64,000 nt of DNA from a virus: the IMG/VR virus record IMGVR_UViG_3300005525_000034, positions 6,830-70,829 of that record. One strand, written 5' to 3'. Positions within the stretch are counted from its first letter, which is position 1; each line of letters opens with the position of its first letter. A program made the position numbers and the translations under genes. This document shows, one piece after another, positions 31,019 through 39,228 of the stretch. A model generated the notes under the pieces. It had not been told where the DNA came from. It did no database searches and saw nothing but the letters and a program-made list of their open reading frames with translations.

Positions 31019-31603
31019 TCAACCGGGTGCGGTGTCAGCGGTGAAAGTGAGCTGGGCTGGAGTGTTGATCTCCAGCGCCAGCACCAGGCCAGCAGCGCCG
31101 GCCTTGCGGATCACCCAGCCGCCGGCAGCCAGCGCGAGGGTGTTGCCATTGCTGGCGGTCTTGCCCCACTTGCCGGCATGGGTGCCGGATTTGTGGAAGC
31201 GCAGGGTGTCGCCAGGGCCGACCGCCTCCATCACCTCCAGGTAGATCGTCCCTTGGGTGAGGATGTTGACGGCCTTGAGGCTCGGGACCCCTTCGCTGTA
31301 GTTGGGGGCCGAACCGATCGCCGGGATGTTCTGCTTCTCCTGGGTGGAGGAGCGGGCAGTGATGCCGAGGATCGCGCCGGCGGCGGTGGCCAGCTGGCAG
31401 CTGTTGGCCAGAACGCCGCCGCTGTTGGCAACGACGGGGACGCCATAGGCCAGCAGGTTGCCGGTCTCGTTGGCGCCAGTGATCACCCGCAGGGTGGCGA
31501 GATCAGCGATCTGGCCGGGGAGGCCGCGATCGAGCTGCAGGGGGTAGTTGAACTGCGCGCCCTCGCCGGAGCTGACCGCAGTGGGCGTGAAGGTCTGAGC
31601 CAT
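31019..31603 (-). CDS. Capsid decoration/cement protein
   Basis: Between DUF2213 and capsid gene; GLPGQIAD, AYGVPV, VNILTQGTIY. Confidence 0.7.
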   Translation of the reverse strand: MAQTFTPTAVSSGEGAQFNYPLQLDRGLPGQIADLATLRVITGANETGNLLAYGVPVVANSGGVLANSCQLATAAGAILGITARSSTQEKQNIPAIGSAPNYSEGVPSLKAVNILTQGTIYLEVMEAVGPGDTLRFHKSGTHAGKWGKTASNGNTLALAAGGWVIRKAGAAGLVLALEINTPAQLTFTADTAPG

Positions 31604-31607
31604 GGGA

Positions 31608-32945
31608 TCACTCCTTGGTGATGGTGAGGGCCCGGCGGGAGTTCTCCTGCTGGGCGCGGATCATGCGCGCACGGGCCGCGTCCTGGCCGCCGGAATCGGC
31701 GGGGATGCCATTGATCGCGCTCAGCAGCGGGTCGGCGCTGTCGCTGCGGCCCATGCCCTGCTCCGCGTAGGCGTCGAAGGTGGCCGTCACGTAGTCGTCG
31801 CTGCGGCCCTCGAAGCGCTCCGGATCGACGCCGACCTTCTCGAGCGAATCGATCATCAGCTCGCGGTTACTGAGACCATCGAACGTGGGTCGTTCGCCGG
31901 TGATGGCCGTGGCGCGATCGATCAGCTCCAGGCGGGCGGTGACCAGGGCGTCGATGTCGAGGTCGTCCGCATCGGTGCGGCTGTCGATCTCGAGCTCGAG
32001 CGAGTCGAGTCGATCGACGAGGGCATCGAGGCGGCCCAGGTCGCGCTCATGGGCCTCGATGGCGTCATCGCGCTCGGCGCAGGCCCGGTCGTACATGGCC
32101 TTGGGCACCATCTTCCCGCCGCCGTCCTTCTTGGAGACCATGTAGGAGCCGAGATTGGCGGCGCCACCGCCGTCCATTTCGTCCTCGTCGCACTGTTCCA
32201 TTTCCTCGTCGTCACTGCCTTCCCGGGCCTCTTCGTCCTCCTCCATTGCCATGGGGGGAGGTGCCTTCTTCCTGCCCTTGGCGTCGGCCCGAACCTGGGC
32301 TGACAGGGCGGAAGCGAGGGCCTCGGTGGCATTGCTGAGCGCTGCCACAGCGGTCATGGAATCCTCCGTTTGGGGTTGTGGTTGGCCGTCGGCCGGGATG
32401 GGATCAACGGCGTAGGCGGAATCCATGTGCAACCGCACCTCAGGGCCTGCACGGCCCTTGCGCACGATCGCCACGTGGTTTCCTGAGATCTCCCTCTGGA
32501 CGCCGTCGTATCGCTGGCCGTCGGGGGTGACGCCGGGGGTGGCGTCGAACTTGACCCGATAGCCCACGGACACCTCACGGGCATCACCCCGCTTGATGGC
32601 GTCGATGGCCTCCCGGTCAGTGACCGTGACGAAGCCCACCGCGAACGGTGAGCGGTACTCGACCATCGATCCGGTGTGACCCCGCTGGTACTCCCGGCAC
32701 GTCTCAGGTGTCAGCAGCTCCGGCGGGTGCTCCAGGGTGACCGGGAGGTTCGCCAGGGAGAGCAGGGCGTCCTTGCGGGAGACCTCTTCCTCCGGCCGGT
32801 ACTCGATTGCCTCCTTCCCGTCCTGACGCCGATAGCGCTGCAGTCCGGTGCGCGCGAAGGTGGCATTGATGCGCAGATAGCCCTCGGGAGTTTCCTCCCA
32901 GTCGGACGAGATCTCGGCGCGATCAAAGCGCAGCGCTTCGCTCAT
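31608..32945 (-). CDS. DUF2213 putative prohead protease with C-terminal scaffold region
   Basis: TPEGYL..ATFARTG, PVTLEHP, REVSVGY, GNHVAIVRKGRAG; acidic coiled-coil C-terminal half. Confidence 0.85.
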   Translation of the reverse strand: MSEALRFDRAEISSDWEETPEGYLRINATFARTGLQRYRRQDGKEAIEYRPEEEVSRKDALLSLANLPVTLEHPPELLTPETCREYQRGHTGSMVEYRSPFAVGFVTVTDREAIDAIKRGDAREVSVGYRVKFDATPGVTPDGQRYDGVQREISGNHVAIVRKGRAGPEVRLHMDSAYAVDPIPADGQPQPQTEDSMTAVAALSNATEALASALSAQVRADAKGRKKAPPPMAMEEDEEAREGSDDEEMEQCDEDEMDGGGAANLGSYMVSKKDGGGKMVPKAMYDRACAERDDAIEAHERDLGRLDALVDRLDSLELEIDSRTDADDLDIDALVTARLELIDRATAITGERPTFDGLSNRELMIDSLEKVGVDPERFEGRSDDYVTATFDAYAEQGMGRSDSADPLLSAINGIPADSGGQDAARARMIRAQQENSRRALTITKE

Positions 32946-33016
32946 GGCCAATCGAAACCTGCCTGCATCCTGCGAGGTGGCATCTATGGTTTGGGCTGAA
33001 TGTTCCTGAGCGGAAC

Positions 33017-33244
33017 GTGTTTTCAATCGCGCCCGACGACTACGTTCTCAGCCAGCTGGGCGCCAGGGTGCGGGTGCTGCGGCAGGCGCGTGAAATGACC
33101 CAGGCGCAGCTGGCGGAGCAGCTGGGTGTGCAGCATCCATGGGTCGCCAAGGTCGAGGCCGGCACGTTGGCACCCACGCCAGGCCGCCTGCGGGCCCTCT
33201 CGCAGGTGCTCAACTGTTGCCCTTCGTATCTGCTTGCTCTCTGA
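33017..33244 (+). CDS. XRE-family HTH transcriptional regulator
   Basis: LGARVRVLRQAREMTQAQLAEQLGVQHPWVAKVEAG. Confidence 0.85.
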   Translation: MFSIAPDDYVLSQLGARVRVLRQAREMTQAQLAEQLGVQHPWVAKVEAGTLAPTPGRLRALSQVLNCCPSYLLAL

Positions 33245-33313
33245 TAGGATTTGGGTGTTGGAGAGAGGCCTGGATCTGGCCCTCCAACGGCAACAACGGC
33301 TCCAGGGCCTTGG

Positions 33314-33410
33314 GCACCTTGACATAGCGGCTTCGGCCGCCGCGGGCGGTCAGCCCCGCACTCGGCAGGTGGCCTCAACCGGCACCTCTGAGTCCCCCGC
33401 CGGAGGACTC
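33314..33410 (+). promoter_or_regulatory. Conserved structured leader (copy 1) with boxA-like start
   Basis: Aligns with the reverse complement of 61276-61366; GCACCTTGACA followed by three hairpins. Confidence 0.6.
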
Positions 33411-33430
33411 GCCACCTACCCGAGATGCAC

Positions 33431-33631
33431 ATGGCTGATTCGACCCGCACCGCCCCCGCCACGGGCAACCCCGATCTCGACGATCTGTTCGCCGAGATCG
33501 ATGCGGCCCTCGAGGCGTATGGACGCTCCCTCGATCAGGGCTTGGCACTGGCTGCAGAGATGCGCCAGCTTGCCGACACGATCGACGCCGGACTGGCTGA
33601 CAGCCAGGCCGAGCTGATGGAGTGGTTCTGA
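33431..33631 (+). CDS. Small acidic helical protein (paralog of 61073-61255)
   Basis: Shares EAYGRS.D.GLALAAEMRQLADTIDAG.AD..AEL.EWF. Confidence 0.75.
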   Translation: MADSTRTAPATGNPDLDDLFAEIDAALEAYGRSLDQGLALAAEMRQLADTIDAGLADSQAELMEWF

Positions 33632-33678
33632 GGGCGCCCCCGGGGCCGCAAGGCCCCACTGACTCTCACCGCCACGGA

Positions 33679-33987
33679 TCAGCCGTCTTGCGGCTTCCGC
33701 TTGCCCTTCTGATCACCGGCCTGCCAGCTCTCGCTGGCCGATCGGTTGAGCTCCACCATCGTGCGGGCCTCGCTGGCCACGTTCGCCCAGTCGATGCCGC
33801 CATCGGCCGCGGCCGGCTGGGTGACCTCTTTCTTGTTGCTCACCGCTGGATCGGCATCTGTCCGACTTGATCCTGACAGCAACTCAAGCCAGCGCCAATG
33901 GAGACGCTCGGCCTCGTTCAGATCGCCACGGTCCATGGCCTTTGGATAGGCCGCCCATGCCGTGATGTGCTCGGGGATGTTGCTCAT
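33679..33987 (-). CDS. Hypothetical protein downstream of kinase
   Basis: ATGA overlap with kinase stop. Confidence 0.6.
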   Translation of the reverse strand: MSNIPEHITAWAAYPKAMDRGDLNEAERLHWRWLELLSGSSRTDADPAVSNKKEVTQPAAADGGIDWANVASEARTMVELNRSASESWQAGDQKGKRKPQDG

Positions 33988-35342
33988 GCGGCCTCCCAGG
34001 CGGCGTAGTGGCGGTCAACGGCCCGGCGGAACCTCTCCAGGTGCTTGGGGCCGAACGTCCGGTCCCGGGCCGCTTCTGCTTGCCTGACGACGGCAGCAGG
34101 CAACGGCGGCAACAGGCCCACCATCCGTTCGGCCGTGTGGAAGTCAACGCCGGTCTTGACCAGCGCATTGGCCTGCTGGATGCGCTCGCCCGGGTTCTTG
34201 ACGGTGTCCTCAAACCCGGCGGCCCACTGCTCTTCGTCGAAGGCGTCGGTCACGTCCTTGTAAGCCTTGGCGGCCTTGAAGCTCATGCTCATGCCGTGGC
34301 CGACCAGACGATCGATCGAAGGCTTCAGGCGCGCCAGCCGGCGGCTCTTGGTGTCCGTGCCGTTGACCTGCTCGTTGATCTTGACCAGGTGACCGCCGAG
34401 CACCGCCAGCGCCGCGGCCTCGGTTCGGATCTTTTCGTGCGGCAGGGTGTTCTCCACCTTCCGGGCCATTCCCCAGTCGATCAGGGTCGGGGTGCCATCG
34501 GGGCCGAGCAGCACGTTGCCGCCGTGCAGATCGCCGTGATGAAAGCCAGCATCGGCCATGGTGCGGGCGATGCGTGCCACACCGGCGGCATAGCGGGCCA
34601 TGGCGCCAGGCTGGCGCAGCACCTCTGCAGCCTCCGGGGTGATGTCCATCGCCCGGTGGTCGGCGGCCAGCTTGACGCCGGGCAGCATTTCGTAGGCGAA
34701 GGCCAGCCGGCCGTCCTGCAGCTTCTGCACCGGGCCGATCGGGCGGGGCCCAAGGCCGAGCGCATGGGCGCGCTCCATGCTTGCCCGCTCGCGTTCGACC
34801 ATGTTGCGGCGCTGCGTCGGGCGGTCCGGCGGCTCGTAGCTGGTATCCAGCGGATCGCCATTGGTGAGGCGGTCGACCTTGACGACCACAGGCCCCGATG
34901 GCGTCTCGGCCATGAAGGTGTCCCCAAAGGCGCCGCCGCCCAGGGCCCGGGCCGGCGGCTGGCCGTTGATCAGCAGCGTCCCGTCGTCCTGCAACTTGAT
35001 GGCGACCGGCAGGGTGGCAGTGCTGTTGGCGCGGTCCTGGGCGGCACGGGCCTGCTGTTCAGCGGCGGCCCGCTCTCGTTCCGCCGCCTTGCGGGCCTGC
35101 GTCGCCTGATGCAGCTGCATGAAGCGGCTGGGCTTGGCGGCGGCCGGCGCTCCACCTGCACCCTTTCGGCAGGTCTTTCTCGGGTCGATCCAGCCGGCGC
35201 CGCACTTCTCACCACCGGGGCCCGGAGCGCCGCCGCCGGTGAGGTCGAGCGCCAGCTGGCCGGGGCTCACCTTGATCCGACGCGCATCCAGGCGATCCTC
35301 CAGGGCATCCAGGCGGATCTGCAGAACCTGGATCGGGTGCAT
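33984..35342 (-). CDS. Ser/Thr protein kinase-like protein with RxD/Cys leader
   Basis: LGGGAFG, VVVK, HGDLHGGN, IDWG catalytic motifs; N-terminal RLDA..GQLALD..CGAGWIDPRKTCR. Confidence 0.85.
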   Translation of the reverse strand: MHPIQVLQIRLDALEDRLDARRIKVSPGQLALDLTGGGAPGPGGEKCGAGWIDPRKTCRKGAGGAPAAAKPSRFMQLHQATQARKAAERERAAAEQQARAAQDRANSTATLPVAIKLQDDGTLLINGQPPARALGGGAFGDTFMAETPSGPVVVKVDRLTNGDPLDTSYEPPDRPTQRRNMVERERASMERAHALGLGPRPIGPVQKLQDGRLAFAYEMLPGVKLAADHRAMDITPEAAEVLRQPGAMARYAAGVARIARTMADAGFHHGDLHGGNVLLGPDGTPTLIDWGMARKVENTLPHEKIRTEAAALAVLGGHLVKINEQVNGTDTKSRRLARLKPSIDRLVGHGMSMSFKAAKAYKDVTDAFDEEQWAAGFEDTVKNPGERIQQANALVKTGVDFHTAERMVGLLPPLPAAVVRQAEAARDRTFGPKHLERFRRAVDRHYAAWEAA

Positions 35343-35345
35343 CGC

Positions 35346-35633
35346 TCAGGTGGCAGATGGGCTCAGCAGCAGAGCACTGGTCTCCGCGTAGGCCAAGTCT
35401 GCGCGCTGCGCCACCAGCGCAATCGGCGTCGAGGTGGCCTGGTTCTGGATCACGACATCTGCCCAGGCCTGCTCAGCGGGAGTGCTGCACAGGGGCGCGA
35501 AGGCCTCGATCTGGGCACCCAGACGCTGGCGTTCGGCGCCGGCCGCGGCCCGGTAGCGCTTCAGCCACTTCAGCATCCCGTCCTTGAGCGCTGGATCCAT
35601 CTGGGAATGGGAACCGGTGGCTGTCGCCATCAT
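35346..35633 (-). CDS. Hypothetical protein downstream of metallopeptidase
   Basis: ATGA overlap; 95 aa. Confidence 0.6.
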   Translation of the reverse strand: MMATATGSHSQMDPALKDGMLKWLKRYRAAAGAERQRLGAQIEAFAPLCSTPAEQAWADVVIQNQATSTPIALVAQRADLAYAETSALLLSPSAT

Positions 35634-37030
35634 CGCTTGACCTCCGGAGTGGCCTGGGCGCGTCGCAGCACGTCATCCACCCAGTCGTAGACCTCGGGCG
35701 ACCGCTGGCGTAACGCCGCCGGTGAGACGACGAAGGCGGTGAAGGCCTCTGCGAACATTTCCAGCCGGTTCGTCATCGCGTAGTCGCTGACGAAGTGCCG
35801 AGTGTCGCCAAGCAAGCCGCCAAGAGGGTTGCCGGGTTCGGCGTCGCGGATGTTGCCCTCCAACGCTGGGCTGATCTTCACGATCGTGTTGCGGGTATCG
35901 CCGGAGGCGAAGTGAACCATGTGGCCGACCTCATGGACATAGGTGGCCATCAGCTGATCATTGCGGGATGACAGGAATGAAGTGGTATAGGCGCCACCCT
36001 TGTAGCCGGGCTGGCCAAACTGGCTGACGTGCCGATCAAGACTTGCTGTCATCCCTTCAGGGTTGAGTCCGGCGCCCCTCCAGGCGGCGTCATCAGGATC
36101 ATCCATCATGCAGATGATGCCGTTTCGGTGTGCAAGGCCGCCGGCTCCTGGCCTGCCCATCAGCTGCGCAGCAAGCAATCGATAGTCCAACTGGAGCTGC
36201 TGTTTCGCCAGCTGCAGCTCTTGCTTCTGATGCGCGAGTGCTTCATGCGTGGCAGCAGGAGTATCCCACCCCATTCGGCGATCATCCTCCATGCTGGTTT
36301 TGATGTTCCGAATCTGGCCGTTCACATACTTCACTCGTTCTTTCTCGAAGACAATCTCGCCAACAATCCGCCTGATGTTCGGGCTGTTCACTTCCACCTT
36401 CTTCAGCACCTCCTCGCTTAGCAGGTGCTCCATGTCTGAATCCTTGATCGGCCCGTCGATCTTGCTGTCTCTGCGCAGGTGTGGAGCAATGCTGTCGACC
36501 GCGACCAGCACGTTGGAGCCCATCAGGAACTTGGCCATCCGGCGGGCATTCCGGCCCACCTCCCCGGGCTGATCGCAGAGCTTCAAGGTGGCCGCGGCCA
36601 GGGTGTTGCCGTCGTAGCTGGCACCAGGCCGGGCGATGGAGCGCGCACGCATGTGTTTCACGAAGGCCATGCGGGCCTCCGGTGTGCTGACGTCCAGCTC
36701 GTCATCGACGCGGGTGTGGCTGCCCGGTTCGACATACCAGGCCGGCTTGATGCCGGTGCGCTGGAACTTGTTGATCTCCAGCGTCAGCTGGTCGCGCTGC
36801 TGCGGCGTCAGGTTGCCGATGCCCCTCGGCTTGATCTCGCCTCTCGCCAGGGCCATCAGGCGCTCGGCCCGCTCTCTGCTCAGGCTGCTCTGCGGATCGC
36901 TGCGGCACTCCTTCTTCAGGCTGATGCAGGCATTGCCGCAGCTGTAGCCGGTCTTGCATTTCCGCTTGGCCGCATCGAGGCGCAGCTCCAGGGCCGCCAG
37001 CCGGCCGCGCAGGTCCATCAGATTGTTCAT
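35630..37030 (-). CDS. Zincin-like metallopeptidase with RxD/Cys leader
   Basis: TYVHEVGH ... SDYAMTNRLEMFAEAF; N-terminal RLDAAKRKCKTGYSCGNACISLKKECR. Confidence 0.8.
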   Translation of the reverse strand: MNNLMDLRGRLAALELRLDAAKRKCKTGYSCGNACISLKKECRSDPQSSLSRERAERLMALARGEIKPRGIGNLTPQQRDQLTLEINKFQRTGIKPAWYVEPGSHTRVDDELDVSTPEARMAFVKHMRARSIARPGASYDGNTLAAATLKLCDQPGEVGRNARRMAKFLMGSNVLVAVDSIAPHLRRDSKIDGPIKDSDMEHLLSEEVLKKVEVNSPNIRRIVGEIVFEKERVKYVNGQIRNIKTSMEDDRRMGWDTPAATHEALAHQKQELQLAKQQLQLDYRLLAAQLMGRPGAGGLAHRNGIICMMDDPDDAAWRGAGLNPEGMTASLDRHVSQFGQPGYKGGAYTTSFLSSRNDQLMATYVHEVGHMVHFASGDTRNTIVKISPALEGNIRDAEPGNPLGGLLGDTRHFVSDYAMTNRLEMFAEAFTAFVVSPAALRQRSPEVYDWVDDVLRRAQATPEVKR

Positions 37031-39228
37031 GCTCTGCCCCTCCGGATCCGCACGGCTCTGAAGACGTTGTTGAGGCCCCATACCCACCGGTCATACTCGC
37101 CGTGCTCGGGCACGATCCAGTCCTCGAAGCGGGGATCCCGGTGGCGCTCTTCCCGCCGCTGCTGCGCTGCGCTGATGTCGCCGGACAGGATCCGTGAAGC
37201 GGACATGAACCGCCGGCCGGCGATGTAGCGTTCTGCGTCAATGCCGATCGTCTGCGTGCGGGCGGTCCAGCGGTCGTCCTTCGAGAACTCCTCAGGCCCC
37301 CCGTAGCGTGTGATGTCGTCATCGATGTTCGCCTGGGAATCGTCGAACCACTCCCGCAGGTCCTGGCGGCCGGAGGCGTAGACCTTCTGCCGGATCTGCT
37401 CCGTGGCCCACTTGAGCTCCTCGGTGGTCATCCGCTGCATCACCGCCGCCTCAAACAGGCTGCCCGCCAGTCCCGGCGCCCCTTTGGGCTGTGGATAGCG
37501 GATGTAGCCGTCATCCCCGAAGAACGTCTCGTCGTTCTTGGTGGCCATCTTCTTCAGGCCCGTTGGCCGCGGCAGGCCCTCGCCTTTGGGCTTCAGGGGG
37601 CGTTCCGGGAAGCTGGGCCGCTTGGGCCTCACCACCCGTTGCTCTCGGCCGTCCTTGGGCTTCTCCTTCTGATCAGGGACGTCGCCCTGGCCCTTGCCAT
37701 CCAGGGGCTTGGCGCCGACGAAATTGCCCTCGGGCATCCAAGCGCCTCCCGGATACCAGTGGCCGTCCGGCCCGTGCTCGCCGCCCGGCTTGGCCCGGCG
37801 GAGCTTGACCACGACGCTCGGTTTGCGGGTGCCGTTCTTGGCCGCCTCGGCCTTGTGCCGTTCCCGCTCGGCCTTGACCACCGCCTGCTGCTCGGCGCGT
37901 TCGGTGCGGAGCTTGTCGGCCAGGGCCCGGGCTTCCTCGGGCTGTGGGTTGCCAATGCCGCGGGGCTTGATCTGTCCCTTGGCCAGCTGCTCAAGGCGGC
38001 TGATGCGTTCGCGGCTGGTGGTGGCAGTCGGCTGGCTGCGGCACTCCTTCTTGATGCTGATGCACGCGGCCCCGCAGGCGTAGCCGGTGCTGCAACGGCG
38101 CTTCAGGGCATCCAGGCGGGCCAGCAGGCTGTCGATCCGGTCGGCTGAGTCGGAGCGGATCGTGGCCTCTATTCCGCGGATCGTGGCCCCTATTCCGCCC
38201 CCCCTGGAAACGCGGGAGAAACCAGTCAGGGACTGGGATCTGAGGTCGTTTTCGTGGCTATTTTCGTTTCCGCCCGGATTGGAGCGGGTCTGCGCCATCA
38301 GCTTGGCCTCAGCACGCGCCAGGCGCTTCGCCAGATCTTCGCGGTTGCGGCGCAGATAGCCGCGCATCGCGGTCTGCCCCTGCCCCTTGTAGTCCCAGCC
38401 GCGTTTCTCCATCTCGACGGCTATCCAGCGGGCCCAGATGTGGGCTGCCTGCTCCTGGTCGGTGTCGACGCCGAGCTGATTCCAGATCTGATCCTGCTGG
38501 ACATCACCGGCGCGCCAGCTGCGGCGGCGATACCCCTCACGGGGCCAGCCCGGTGGTTCCTCCGACCATTCCCCGACCTCAAGCGGTGGCCGCGGCATGG
38601 CCCCAACCTCATCCCAGTCCTTCTGCCAGCGCTTCTCCTGCTGATCGAGCTCCTGCTGGGCCATGCGCAGCCTGGCCACGGTGCGAGCGCTGCTCTTGAG
38701 GCTGCCGAAGGCCTTGCGATCGGTCTCGCTCAGGAAGCCCATCAGCTTCAGGGCCGATTCAGCGCTGACGGTGCGCGTCTCGCCGCCCACCTCCACCTGG
38801 AACTGGTGGACGACGTTCCGGCCGGTTTCGACGTTGGCAATGCTCTTCTCCCAGTCGGAGACACGCTTTTCGACCGGTTCGCCGCGGTGGTCAACGTCTT
38901 CGGTGAGGGTCCACTGCCAGGTGTAGGCGGTGAGCTTGGCGCCGGTGGGACCCACGATCGGCTCAGGGAAGACGATCGTCTCCTTGGGCTTGCTCCGCTT
39001 GGCCTCATAGGGCCGATCGATGGGATCTCCCCCCTCCCCCTTGCGGCAGGTCTTCTTGGGATCGATCCAGCCGCCACCGCACTTCTCCCCGCCGCCGGGG
39101 CCCTTGCCAGCCGCCGGTGCGCCGCCGGTCAGGTCCAGGGCCAGTTGGCCGGCGGCCTCGGCGCGCCGGCGGGCATCCAGGCGGGCCTCCAGGGCACCCA
39201 GGCGGGTCAGCAGTGCGGTGATGGTCAT
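37027..39228 (-). CDS. Two-module protein with two RxD/Cys modules and unknown domains
   Basis: CGGGWIDPKKTCR near N-terminus; internal RIDSLLARLDALKRRCSTGYACGAACISIKKECR. Confidence 0.75.
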   Translation of the reverse strand: MTITALLTRLGALEARLDARRRAEAAGQLALDLTGGAPAAGKGPGGGEKCGGGWIDPKKTCRKGEGGDPIDRPYEAKRSKPKETIVFPEPIVGPTGAKLTAYTWQWTLTEDVDHRGEPVEKRVSDWEKSIANVETGRNVVHQFQVEVGGETRTVSAESALKLMGFLSETDRKAFGSLKSSARTVARLRMAQQELDQQEKRWQKDWDEVGAMPRPPLEVGEWSEEPPGWPREGYRRRSWRAGDVQQDQIWNQLGVDTDQEQAAHIWARWIAVEMEKRGWDYKGQGQTAMRGYLRRNREDLAKRLARAEAKLMAQTRSNPGGNENSHENDLRSQSLTGFSRVSRGGGIGATIRGIEATIRSDSADRIDSLLARLDALKRRCSTGYACGAACISIKKECRSQPTATTSRERISRLEQLAKGQIKPRGIGNPQPEEARALADKLRTERAEQQAVVKAERERHKAEAAKNGTRKPSVVVKLRRAKPGGEHGPDGHWYPGGAWMPEGNFVGAKPLDGKGQGDVPDQKEKPKDGREQRVVRPKRPSFPERPLKPKGEGLPRPTGLKKMATKNDETFFGDDGYIRYPQPKGAPGLAGSLFEAAVMQRMTTEELKWATEQIRQKVYASGRQDLREWFDDSQANIDDDITRYGGPEEFSKDDRWTARTQTIGIDAERYIAGRRFMSASRILSGDISAAQQRREERHRDPRFEDWIVPEHGEYDRWVWGLNNVFRAVRIRRGRA

